DNA from: Marsupella aquatica
Taxonomy: Eukaryota; Plantae; Marchantiophyta
Length of the DNA: 64,000 nt
NCBI GenBank assembly: GCA_973895155.1
Contig: OZ316894.1
Span: 8,766,234-8,830,233, forward strand
Reading direction: 5' to 3'
Positions 14,301 through 25,531 of the stretch are shown piece by piece. The notes beneath the pieces were generated by a model. It did no database searches. It saw only the letters and a program-made list of their open reading frames with translations, and was not told the origin of the DNA. A program made the position numbers and the translations under genes. Within the stretch, counting starts at the first letter, position 1; every line of letters begins with the position of its first letter.

Positions 14301-17300
14301 CCTCTTCAGCCTCCACCTCCACCACTTTGTCACGAATAGGTGAGGTGTTCAGCTCTTGCTCTCTGACTTGAACTTTAGACCGCTTGCTTTCCAAAACTTG
14401 GGTTTCAACACCAGTAAGCAGTAGCGCCATCTGCGCTCCAACAAAGAAATTGAGTCGGTTTTGAGTGTTTGTGGTAAAACCTTAGAAATCCTTTGGGAAC
14501 GTTCTATTTTCCAGAGTGCTTCAGCCTCTCTCGACAGCCTCTCTGGAAGAATCCTGTGAATATGATAAACCTTCTCCTAAGTCATACAAACAAGCACAAA
14601 TTTCGTGCTTCACACTCTTAGTAGCAGGAATGCACTCGAATCGGGTGAGAGAGTACCTTTGCTTGCTCTCGTAACCATTGTCTTTTAGCCTTTTTTCTAC
14701 GCGCACTCCTACTTGGCCTCTGCCATATTAAACCACAGTAAGTATCTCACCTTTGAGCCCAATCAACTTCAGCAACTCATCAGTAGGGTTTGTGAAAGAG
14801 AATTTGTATAAGTACTTAGTAATTAGACTGACATCCTAACGAATTGGTCCAGGTAGCTTTGCCCAACCTGAGAAATTCATGTAAGAAGAAACAGCCTTAA
14901 GGCGGTACTGTCTCTCAAACTCAAAAACACACCAAGCTAAAGAACTGTATATACGCATACTTGTTCCTGGATTGGAGCTTTTGTTTCATTCTTTGGTGTC
15001 CTGGCAATTGTGGATTCACCGTTCACCTCACTCTCTGGCGTCCTAACTGGGATTGACCCTTCAATCGCTTTGATCTCTGGAGTCCTGTGTTTGGGGCAGT
15101 AAAAGTTTGATAAAAAGGTTTCAGCTTTGACTTTCGGGATTTCCATTCATAGCAGCAGCGCGAGGATATACTTACAAACACAACATGTAGTCCACAAATA
15201 AGTTATAGCGCATTTTGAAGGAAAACGTGAGCGAACCCATCACCAGTCTTTAGGACAAATATGTCAGGCGTGTAGCATTGACTAGAGAGGAAAGCAAATC
15301 AAGAACTTCAAAGCTTAGGGACGCGTATACCAAAACAATTTTACTCTTGAGTCCAAACTACCTCGGAAACCACTTTACTGTACCTAAACTCTACTGTTAC
15401 TTGTAGCGTCCAACTATATTTTGATGTGATTACCTGTGCTTTTCTGAAGGGGATTCTAACTTTTCTTTTTTTCGTTTTTTCTTTCCTTCAACCTTGTCAA
15501 CGGCCGCTCCCTTCTTCAACATCCCTTCCCTCACTGTACGATTACAAAGTACAATTAGGATGGTCCCCCGAGATTTCCATCGAAGTCAAAGAAAGAATAA
15601 CCTATATATGGCGCTAAATGCTCACACTGACAAGATAACTGCAAACGAACTAATCTTACATCTAGTAGAATCAGTTACCCAATCGGAGTCATTGGGAACA
15701 GACAACGCATCACAACACGAAATCATAGAACTCAAGGAAGTCATTGGAGCTATTTAATAGACAACAGGGCAGCCCTCTTGGTTCTGAAAAAGTAACAAAA
15801 ACAGACTATAGACGGAAACACTACATCCTTGCAACTGAACGGGCCTGTTTATCGACTCCCATTCAAATCTTTAATTGTGTCCAACAACATGCTCAAGTTC
15901 AAACTCTGAAGCAAAGTCTTGAATAGGCTTCATGGCCTCTTCTGAACTGTGTCCTAATAAGTTCCATATCCACAACACGATAATTTGCCTTACTAGGATA
16001 GGTTACTTCAGGTGGAATTGAGATAGAAGTCTTTTAGGCTCACTCACCATCACTTTCATTATTCAAGCCGTTGATGCCTTTTCTTTTTTTCTTTTTCTCG
16101 GACCCTTTCTTCAGCCCATCTTTGCAATCAGCCTCGGCCTTAAATCGCACCTCGTCCATTGTTTCTATTGACGTGAAAGTAGCACCGCCTATGTGTGGCC
16201 CGGAATTATTGAGTTTCTTTCGTTTCACCTTTTGCTCACCATCCTTTCTATCCTCAACGGTGTGGTGCACATCGCTGGACGATGGCCTATCTTCACCTAT
16301 CTGCGGGACTTGGCCCTGCCTGAAGAATAGATACGATAATGCCAGCACTCCCCACCGTCAGTCCTTCCTACAAATCCTTCTCACGAAATTCTACATCTAG
16401 TTCCCATACATCTAAATAATGAACAGGGACAGCAGATTGGAACCAGACGATGCTATAACTCACCCTTCCATGTTCAGTTCTTTTCTCTTGCACTTTTTCT
16501 CAATTTTCTCCTGGTTACTGAGAGTGCTCTGACTGACAGCCTTCACTTTCTTACGACTACGCTTCCGTTCCCCCATAATAACTGTCACAGCTCCATTCTC
16601 TTCCGTTTTATTTGTTCCAGTTTCCTTCTCTAACTCATCCAAAGGAAATATACCCCCAAGACATTGAGATACTCCACAGTTGATAACCGAGTTGCTTTGA
16701 TCCTTGATCTGAACAATCGCAAGCTCCTGTCGTGCTCCCAGATCCTTGGTTTGTCTGCAAGGAGAATGCAGTTCAGACACAGTTAAGTAGATACTACAGC
16801 AATACCTCCACTTTCAAATTACTTTCCATCGCTATCTGGAGATTGAACATATCGTACAAAAATTGACTAAGTTCAGCTAAAACTCAAAAGCTGGAGATTC
16901 ATTATCTTGCACATGAGCGATGTTGTTGTTGAGGCATGACTGCACAAAGATGTCAAAAAAGGAACTCACACTTCTGATGCGACGTTATCGCTTCGTTTAT
17001 GTGTCTTTCCACCTCTATCTTTCCGCTTCCTCCGAGCAGGGGAAGGATGAGTTTCAGTTAAAGGCCCCAGTTCCCCATCCAGAGAGAAATCGGTCTCCAT
17101 CTCTCCTTCCTCTTGTTCACTTTCATATCCTCCAGTTTCTTTCTCAAACTCATCCAAGGCACGAAGTTCAACCCCATGATATCCGTTGAACCTTTGGAAG
17201 CCATTGGCCATCCATTCCTTATCTTGGATATGGTCATGTTTATTCCTTGTTTCGTATGAAAGTTGTCCTTGGATGTCTGTTCTCCGCTTAATTCTGCACA

Positions 17301-18654
17301 GGAGAAAAGTGAACCAACTTGGCATCAACTCTTACTCGCCCAGAAAGGGAAGCCATCGTGCAGTGAAATGTTGCGTTGTAAGCAGGGGCATATTGCCTGT
17401 GCAGACCCATTCCTGAAATGCAAAGCTTAATAAAAGGAGTTTTTCCGTTGATTGGGGACTCCAACAGAAAACCGTCACCCCTGAAATTACTCATTTTCCG
17501 ACAACTTGCTCATGATTATCCCGCAATGAGAGCATTCGTTTATCTAACACGGTTAGCCTCCGGACAAAATGTGGCAGCGCAGGCACTAGGGAGAATCTTT
17601 AGTAGAACAACAATAAATTTAGTGTGCTCGTCATCAAGAAGTCAATCTTATTAAAATTCCAGGGAGTCTTCAAGAGAATCCTTCTTTCTACATTTGCCCT
17701 TGTTAAATCGATCACGAAGTTTCATCAAGAATTCGCCGGGGTAATGTAGTACGATGTTGCGGAGTAGCGGGCCGGGATAAAAGTCGTAAATATTCAAGTC
17801 ACGCATATAGTGAGCTCTAGATTTTCGTATGTTCTCTCGAATGTGAACGAGCGTACATTCCACACATTTCCTGAATTGTTTTCAAGAGAAAGGACGTAAA
17901 TGAAATAAAATACCTGATCAGATCAGAATCCTTCAGAAGACGGGCCGGTTGAGAGGCGGGAAGAACAAATCCCTCTACCTAGAAAAAATCATTCCGTAGC
18001 ATGTCACGTAATGAGCAAAGACGCAAGACCAGACAAACAGAAGCGTATATTGATACGTCCTATCAACGGACAGAATCCTTAAAGAGGAAATCCAATCGAT
18101 GGAAAGCGTTACTACAACACTAGCGCGATGATCTAGTGACAGTAAACCCCATAATTGACCTTCCCTTTGAAGCACCTTCTGACTACAGAGCGTTCATAAC
18201 GCCGCATTCCATGTCTACGAGAGTCCTAGATTTTAATAAACCTCAAGCCCGCGGCAGTAGATCTCAGTGGATTCGTCTCCCTGTCAAGCATTGCGGCTCA
18301 AGCTAGTCTTGAACTACCTCCAGCTGCAGCGCAAATCTAATCCCAAACACGAATTTTCACATTACTAAATTCCTTAAACCCTACATCTAAATTCGAATGC
18401 CAGGCCATCGAGACTGAATGCCGTTCAGTGAATCAGTAGTAAGAAGGTTACCAGACCTCTAAACTGAGGCCATTCGGGCACGATTCCTCGATACGGAAGG
18501 CAGCTCTGATATCAAAAGCGACATCGGCAATTGTGTGAACTTCCTCCAGGACCACCAGGTACCAGCTCTGAGCCAGGCCCTGCTCAATCTGCTGGCTCGT
18601 CAAGATATCAGGGTCCTGGAACTTCAAACGAACTCTGACTCTCGTCGCGTCCAT
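11339..18654 (-). CDS. COIL: Coilin (Cajal body protein), multi-exon
   Basis: Exon 1 18654-18457 (MDATRVRVRLKFQDPDIL...SWYLV); exon 2 17978-17914 (VEGFVLPASQPARLLKDSDLI); K-rich middle exons; VVVRAGHIRFEP; Tudor-like EGDVLAYRLVELTASWTPEISPYR; C-terminal GVGSIVALLRAQQAL*. Internal exon boundaries not all resolved. Confidence 0.9.
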
Positions 18655-18803
18655 CGTTTGCTTTGTTCGGGACAAAACCCTCCCTCCTCGTCCGAATTGT
18701 CAAATCCTCATCGTCGAGTCGAATGATAAGTTTCTCGATCTCAGACGGCATCGCCCAATGAAGCGCACGCAGAGCTCACAAATCGACCGATTGTGAGTTT
18801 AAT

Positions 18804-18897
18804 TTCATCTACCATAGTAGTGTTGTGTTCATCTACCATAGTAGTATTGTGTTCATCTACCATAGTAGTATTGTGTTCATCTACCATAGTAGTGTTG
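18804..18897. repeat. 24-bp minisatellite (about 4 copies) in the coilin promoter region
   Basis: Unit ttcatctaccatagtagtRttgtg. Confidence 0.95.
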
Positions 18898-20391
18898 GGA
18901 CACGGCGCCATGCAACTGCGCAGTTAAATTTGTCGCGAGGTTTTCTAACAGCTGAAACTCCAAAAAACAGAGAGGTTCAGGCCAAGGTCCAAATGGGCTT
19001 CAACTTCTACTGTAGTTCATATTACTTCTTATTAATATTCATGACCCTGAAGCTAGGATGGTCCACTTGTTGGACACAGTGCTCCAGGAGACCATCCTTT
19101 GATGGTCCACTGGATTTTCGGGCCCATAACTTGATGATTGAGTACTAAAATAATTTTTACTTTGGTACTGGCACGGTGACAGATTTTTATGGTCCATGGT
19201 AGTTTGGGACCCATAACTTGATGATTATGAATCCGGAAATAATTCTTAGTTTTGCACCTGCATGGCCACTAGAGAAGGGGAGATATTAAAAATGCAAGCT
19301 TGCCCAGATATTTCATGGAAACACAATGAAATTTAACCCCTCCACATTTTATGATGAAAAACTCAACCATCATGACCAAAAAATCACTATCACTTTGATG
19401 GAGTGTAGCTTATGTGATCCTCTAGCATATTCTCAAAACTAACATATATTGAAATTCTGTATATCAAGTTATTCCAATTGAACTCAAATTTTGGGAGATG
19501 TGGTCAAAGGGGGTTAATTTCAAAGACCAACCTCGTGGTCCATGGGGTTTTCTAAAAGACAGGTTTTCTAAATGACTCAGATTCCAATTCCAACTAAACC
19601 CACAGTTGTACTCAAGTTAAAATTCCCTTTTATTGTAGCATCTTGTCACACATCTTAACAAATAATGTAGCATCATTTTTACAGATCTTATTGGCCAGTC
19701 AAACCTTTTTATTTGTTTCTCAACACTCACAATGAGCATGGCTGGAAACTTTTGCAGAATGTTGCGCATAAAAGACCCCTCTTGCATTGTTGCACTGTGT
19801 TACATAGCACTACCATACTAAGGAGCATCTCATGTCACTGGAGGGATTTTGCAGATCTTTCTTACAATGAGTAGCCTGTTTGCTCTCTTGGGGCGGCGTA
19901 GAAGAAGAATGCAGCACCACACTTGTACTACAGTAAGAGAGATCAGATTTGTGCAAAACTAAATAATTATTGAAATTTTAAAATCTGCAACAAAATATAG
20001 GTAGTGTTTGTCAAACTTGGAAAAAATTCAAAGTCAATATATTAAAAAACTGTACAAGTACTTTAATGTAAAACCACTGATGTATTGTTTTCAGAGTTCA
20101 AAAATTAGATGTGAATAGATTATTTATGACATTGCACTATAATCTGAAAGGTAAAAACGTTGAGTTTTGGCGTGGGGCATGCGAGAACCTAATCATCCTT
20201 ACATGCAGTACTACAACACACTGACATGAAGATGAATGCATAGTGGACCGAGTCATCCCAGCCTACAATACTACTACTACATTGACATTGAGATGACATA
20301 AGGAAGAACATATAATAGGCCAGCATATGATAAAAACTTTACTAATCCTTTTGCAAAGCCCGAGAATGGAAGTGGCCACTCTCGTGGCTAC

Positions 20392-20533
20392 TGACAGGTA
20401 CCAGTAGTAGCACAACCAGCTCCTCTTGAGGACGTGGTGGTATAAGTAGCATTCCTTTTGGATCTCAAGCTATGGCTCACCAAACACTGATGCCGACAAA
20501 GGCCATATGGCAAGCCTTGGCCTAGGCCTGTCA
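20392..20533 (-). repeat. Candidate short 3' LTR (142 bp) with adjacent polypurine tract
   Basis: TGACAGG...CCTGTCA terminal inverted repeat; minus-strand AGGGGGAGG (20545-20537) lies 3 nt upstream. No matching 5' copy found by eye. Confidence 0.45.
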
Positions 20534-20908
20534 GGACCTCCCCCTAGCAGGGTGCGCCTCAATTTGGAAGCCAACCAATATCCTCTAACACTCCCTTTGT
20601 CGTGCGCATACACATCGCTACACAACATACATCGCTTGTCACACATATCCAAGCATAGTCAGAATCTAACGACACAAACCTCAGAGAATGATCTACAAAT
20701 GGAACCCATGTCCATACATGCCCAAAACCCACAATCGCCCCCCTAGCTGGAAGTGAGGTCCCCTAACTCTAGCTAGCCATGAGTTCTACAAGGTTGATAT
20801 ACACCTTTTTAGGTGTGAAGATCAGGAGGCCGGGTGCAAGTGAGCCCCATCGATCACCTACCTGCAATCTATATCTTCCATGAGAACATGAATGATAACT
20901 AGTCGGCA

Positions 20909-22477
20909 TCACCGACATTGAGGACACAACCATGATCCATTGGGAATCATGTGCAAGGGTGGTGTCAAACATAATATGTGCCATCCTCTAGAACACCGAT
21001 CACAAATCAACATAGTAGCTGCTCCCTGAGCAGACCCACACAACATACACTTCAAGCCAGCACGAACATGTGCCAAGCTTGGATCCACAGTACCATCAAT
21101 GTTTGGAAGATGACATGACGCACAATTACGCACATGATCCTTCCAAACCATACCATCACGTCCTTCCAATATAAGGACTCCAGAAGGCAACACTTCACGC
21201 ACACGTAAGATTGTCCGCCCTGCAGTTACATCAAGCGTCGTTGGTGCTGTCTGCTGCAAATAAACATAATCGCCAGGATGAAATCTTCTAATCCTCGTGC
21301 GATAACCTCCTCCACGAATAGTAGCATACCACAAAGTATCACGATGTTGAGCAATAGCAAGGTTGTCAAAGGCCATGGGCATGACTCTCTCAAAAACTCG
21401 TGTCCTCTCTGAACAAACCTTGACCCAAACATCTGGATCATCCAAATCCACAACAGTTGCAGCATCACGACGAATAGCCGTTGGCAAATCTGGTTCTCTA
21501 CCATAGAGCAAGAAATAAGGTGAAAAGGATGCAAGTGATGCTTGTCGACTGAAACGGTAGCCCATAGCTAACCAAGGTAGTTGGAGATCCCAGTCTCCCA
21601 AATGACCAACCTACAAGCCATACTTACGCAATCCTCTCTTCACAGTTTGTACAACCCTCTCTGCCAATCCATCTGCCTCAGGATGATCGCGAGAAGTAGT
21701 ACGATGATCAATCAGAGCTTGCTCACACAAACCCTCAAAATCTCCACGGAATTTTGTGCCCTGATCAGTCAACACCTCAGCTGGTGCTCCAAAGTGACTG
21801 AGTACTCGATCCAAAAATGTGGTAGCCACTCCTCCACTAGCTTTATCTGGCAATGCCACTAGTTCAATCCACTTGGAGAAGTGCTCCACCATAACCAAAA
21901 CATACCGATTGTGACGTTGGGTAAGAGGCAATGGACCAGCAAAGTCCAAACTCCATCGATATCCCAAACCCATGATCGGCAACGGATGCAACTGGGGAGT
22001 GGGAGCATTGAACGATGCTCGCACTCGATCACAAACCACACACTTAGCTATCAATTGCTGGACATCAGTGTGCATACCACGCCACCAATACTGTGTCTGC
22101 AGCAAGCTATAAGTGCGCTTCACACCAAAGTGCCCTAACTCTTCGTGCGCATGTCACACCAAATGTACTCGTTGTGACGGTTTTGGTACAACCAACACCT
22201 TCCCATCACGTAGTACCCTCAAAAGATGGTTTCCTTCCCATCAAAATCTCTTGGCTCGTTGTAGAACCCTATCACGCTCCTTAGCATCAACATTGCCACC
22301 AATGGAGCCAACACGCAAATATTCCAACACTCTCACATCGTTGTGAATATCTTGCTGTCCAAAAACTACATCACCAACATCCATATTGGAAGATTCATCA
22401 TCTCCTCTATCCAATAAGTAGAGTCTACATATCCAGTACATACTGGCACCCAACAAAGGAAAGCAGATGCATGCCAT
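20909..22477 (-). pseudogene. Retrotransposon integrase (HHCC + DDE core) with C-terminal PHD finger
   Basis: HEELGH...CVVC zinc site; WSLDFAGPL, VLTDQG, ADGLAERVVQTVK; C4HC3 PHD CMLC..MLICDRC..WH..CLTPPL..IP.GSWLCPQC (21049-20912); stops at 22241, 22154, 21611. Confidence 0.93.
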
Positions 22478-23988
22478 CCTGGCACCATCTCCTTATCCGT
22501 CTCATCATGCCATCGAGCTCCAGTCTCATCCTCTTGACTGGTACATGGATTGCGGCTCAACCCATCCGCATCCAAATTCACTTTTCCAGGTCTATGCACA
22601 ACCTGAAAATCATACTCCTGCAACATCAATGCCCATCGTGCAAGCTTCCCTCTAAGCTTGTCAGACTCCATTAACCACTTGAGAGGTTGATGATTAGTGA
22701 TCAAGGTGAACAAATTACCAAACAAATAGCAACGGAAATGTGCCACAGCCCACACTGCTGCCAAACACTCTCCCTCATAAGAGCTATACTTAGCCTCTAC
22801 TGAATTGTTGGATCTACTGGCATATGCCACAACAAACTCACTCCCCTCATCATCCTTCTGAGTCAACACTGCTCCAAGTCCTACTCCACTCCAATCAGTG
22901 TGAAGCTGAAATGGTCGCCCTGAAATGGGTCTTCCCAAAATAGGTGTTGACGCCAGTCTTTCCTTCAACTCTTGGAAAGCATGCTCCTGGTCGTCTCCCC
23001 AAATCCACTCTTGATCCAACTTAGTGAGTATAGTTAAAGGTTTAGCAAGCTGGCTAAATCCTTTAACATATCTCCTATAGTAGCTCGCCAATCCCAAGAA
23101 TGCACGAACTCTGCTCACATTAGTACGACGAGGAATCTGTGTAATGGCCTCCACCTTAGTCTGTTGCACACCCAATCCTCCTGGGTAGATAGTGTGGCCC
23201 AAATACTCAATCTTCTCTTGAAAGAACTTACACTTGCCGGGATGGAGCTTCAATCCATGTTCCCTCAATCTCTCAAACACAATCTGCAAATGTCTCTGAT
23301 GTTCTTCCACAGTAGAAGAATAAACCAAAATATCATCAATATAACATCTGACAAAATCCAAACCTGCAAGGATTCGATCCATGACTCTCTGGAACTCAGC
23401 TGGTGCATTCTTCAACCCAAATGGTAAGAACAACCACTGATACAAACGATCTTTGCCATAAGAATCAATTCCCCAGAATGTTGTCTTGGACCTGTCAGAA
23501 TGCCTAATTGGCAACTGATGGTACCCCGCTCTGAGGTCCAACGAACTAAAAATCCTTGCATGCCCCACTGCATCAAAGATCTCCTCCGGTGTAGGCATGG
23601 CATATCGATCAGATTTTGTCTAACGATTAATAGGCCGGTAATCACCGCATATTCGCCTATCCGTGTAATTGCCATGCACATCCTTCTTGGCTGGCATCAC
23701 TGTGGCAGATGCATACTCTCCGTATGAAATCTCCACCAAACCAGCTTCCAACAAATCCTGAGTTCTACTCTGAATCAACGCCCTCTCCATATCACTATAT
23801 CGGTATGGTCGTCGAAAGATTGGCGCATCACTAGCCAATTCAATCTGAATACCAGGGCCCTTCAATGTTCCCAAATCCTTCATGCTAAATGCAAAACAAT
23901 TCCAGTAACTCTTCAAGAATTGATGCATTCGACGTCTCTCACCCCCTGTCAACTTAGGGCCAATTTGTGGCTCCCAACTCTCCATCAA
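22366..23988 (-). pseudogene. Ty3/gypsy reverse transcriptase and RNase H
   Basis: RRPYRYS, CGDYRPIN, LDLRAGYHQ, PFGLKNAP, YIDDIL; RNase H LHTDWS, EGECLA, NLDADGLSR; in-frame stop at 23620. Confidence 0.96.
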
Positions 23989-24033
23989 AGCTGTGATGTC
24001 TTCCTTTGGGGTTGAAGAGATAGTCGGTGGTTG

Positions 24034-25488
24034 CTATTTAGCAACAATTTGAGCAGTCCCAACCTGCTCAACAATCTGTCCTGCCTTGGCCAATCCTGCC
24101 ATAGGTCCATGGACTGTCTGCTCGCCCCCAGCTGTGGTCGCTACTGTCTCAATAGACCGCAAGCTCACCAATGGACGATCAGTAACACCAAAAGAGCGCA
24201 TCCGCAATTGTTCAGCTAATCCCAAGCTGATAATCCAAGTCAAGCAATTCAAATCCATGGCTTGACCAAGGACCTGGCGGCGTGAACTCTCTGACACAGA
24301 AGCAACTGCCGTGGTGCCAGTCAAAAATCCCATAGCACGCTCTCTTTCATCAGCAGTAGGTTCCACTAACTGCTGTAGAGTTGTATCCCAGACAAGTCCA
24401 GGCCCACCTGCTCTGAATGCATATGAAGCAGAATGGCTCACAAAAGTGGGTAATGCATAACGTGGGCAACCAACTATATTGACCACTGCCAATGGAGGTC
24501 TGTCAGGTTGGGTCACACCTTGTGCACGACGCCCTGGATCCAAAATATCATCCACCACCAAGGTTGCTGAGCGAGGAATGCTATCAAATGCTCGCTTTAA
24601 CACCTCACAAGGTAACAAATTAGTCCACCACAAGCGTGGACGATGTGCACGAGAACCCACACGTGCAGCATCCAATAACACAGCAGGTCCAATCCAAGAC
24701 TTAACCTGATGAACACTGGCAACAAGTCGATGATGATCATCACCCAATAATGGCACATTCTCCAAAATGTAGGCAGGGGAATGTGTCTGATGCAACTGAA
24801 GATGACGCAACACCCGTAACATCTCCCAAAACAATGCAGATCTTGGATCATGAAGTCCATGTCCAACTCCAGCTCTAGATTGACCTTGACATGGCCAACC
24901 TGCAATCACCAAATCAATGGGGCCAACGCGATCCAGATGATCCGCCCCCAACAATGAAATATCAGCTGGTAATGCATGCTGATAACCACGAACGGCATCC
25001 ACTGGCAACAATTGTGGGTAGCGTTCGACCAACAATGCCACATGACGTAATGAGACTCTACGTGCTGTCTCATCAGTCTCCACATACAAATAACGACGCA
25101 CTGGAATGCCGGCTTGAAGAACGGCAGCCAATCCAGTGCTAATTCCACCAAATAAATCCAACAAACAAATACCCTCATGTGGATATTGCCATGCAATAGG
25201 AGTAGTATCCAGTGGTGAAAGAGTCACTGGTCCATTTGCAGTTGATTGCTCTGCTCTTGATTGCGGTGTAAAAGCATGACGCCATGCATCATGTATCAAT
25301 CGGGCCGCACTTTGTGGCAAGGCCTGTCCAGTACCCCATACTGGTGTCACAACACTATCAATGGGCAATCCATGCATCAAGTGTTCCTCATGTGCCTCCT
25401 CCACTGTAGAAACATCTGCTGCATGTGCGTTACCCTCAATCAAATCATCAGCTCCAGTAATCAAACTACTGAATGCTGCCAAAGACAA
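24034..25488 (-). CDS. DNMT3-like C5 cytosine DNA methyltransferase domain embedded in the retrotransposon pol frame
   Basis: Motif I LLDLFGGISTG; II YVETD; III ADI; IV AGWPCQG (catalytic PC); V DPRSALF; VI YILENV; VII LDAA; VIII AHRPRLWWTNL; IX ERERAMGF; X RRQVLGQAM. Linear (non-permuted) order; same frame as RT across a single TAG at 24034. Confidence 0.95.
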   Translation of the reverse strand: MSLAAFSSLITGADDLIEGNAHAADVSTVEEAHEEHLMHGLPIDSVVTPVWGTGQALPQSAARLIHDAWRHAFTPQSRAEQSTANGPVTLSPLDTTPIAWQYPHEGICLLDLFGGISTGLAAVLQAGIPVRRYLYVETDETARRVSLRHVALLVERYPQLLPVDAVRGYQHALPADISLLGADHLDRVGPIDLVIAGWPCQGQSRAGVGHGLHDPRSALFWEMLRVLRHLQLHQTHSPAYILENVPLLGDDHHRLVASVHQVKSWIGPAVLLDAARVGSRAHRPRLWWTNLLPCEVLKRAFDSIPRSATLVVDDILDPGRRAQGVTQPDRPPLAVVNIVGCPRYALPTFVSHSASYAFRAGGPGLVWDTTLQQLVEPTADERERAMGFLTGTTAVASVSESSRRQVLGQAMDLNCLTWIISLGLAEQLRMRSFGVTDRPLVSLRSIETVATTAGGEQTVHGPMAGLAKAGQIVEQVGTAQIVAK

Positions 25489-25518
25489 TGGTGCATTCAG
25501 TAGTTTGATTACTGGAGC
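25451..25518. repeat. Perfect 26-bp inverted repeat with 16-nt loop at the gag/MTase junction
   Basis: gctccagtaatcaaactactgaatgc (25451-25476) and gcattcagtagtttgattactggagc (25493-25518). Confidence 0.95.
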
Positions 25519-25531
25519 ACTAAAGACAATG

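Noticed and set aside
24034-25488. Bacterial restriction-modification methylase or contamination
   Set aside because: In frame with gypsy RT, DNMT3-like motifs VIII-X, no restriction gene, and flanked by spliced plant genes.
24034-25488. Host DRM or CMT gene
   Set aside because: Motifs not circularly permuted; no UBA, BAH or chromo domains; no introns.
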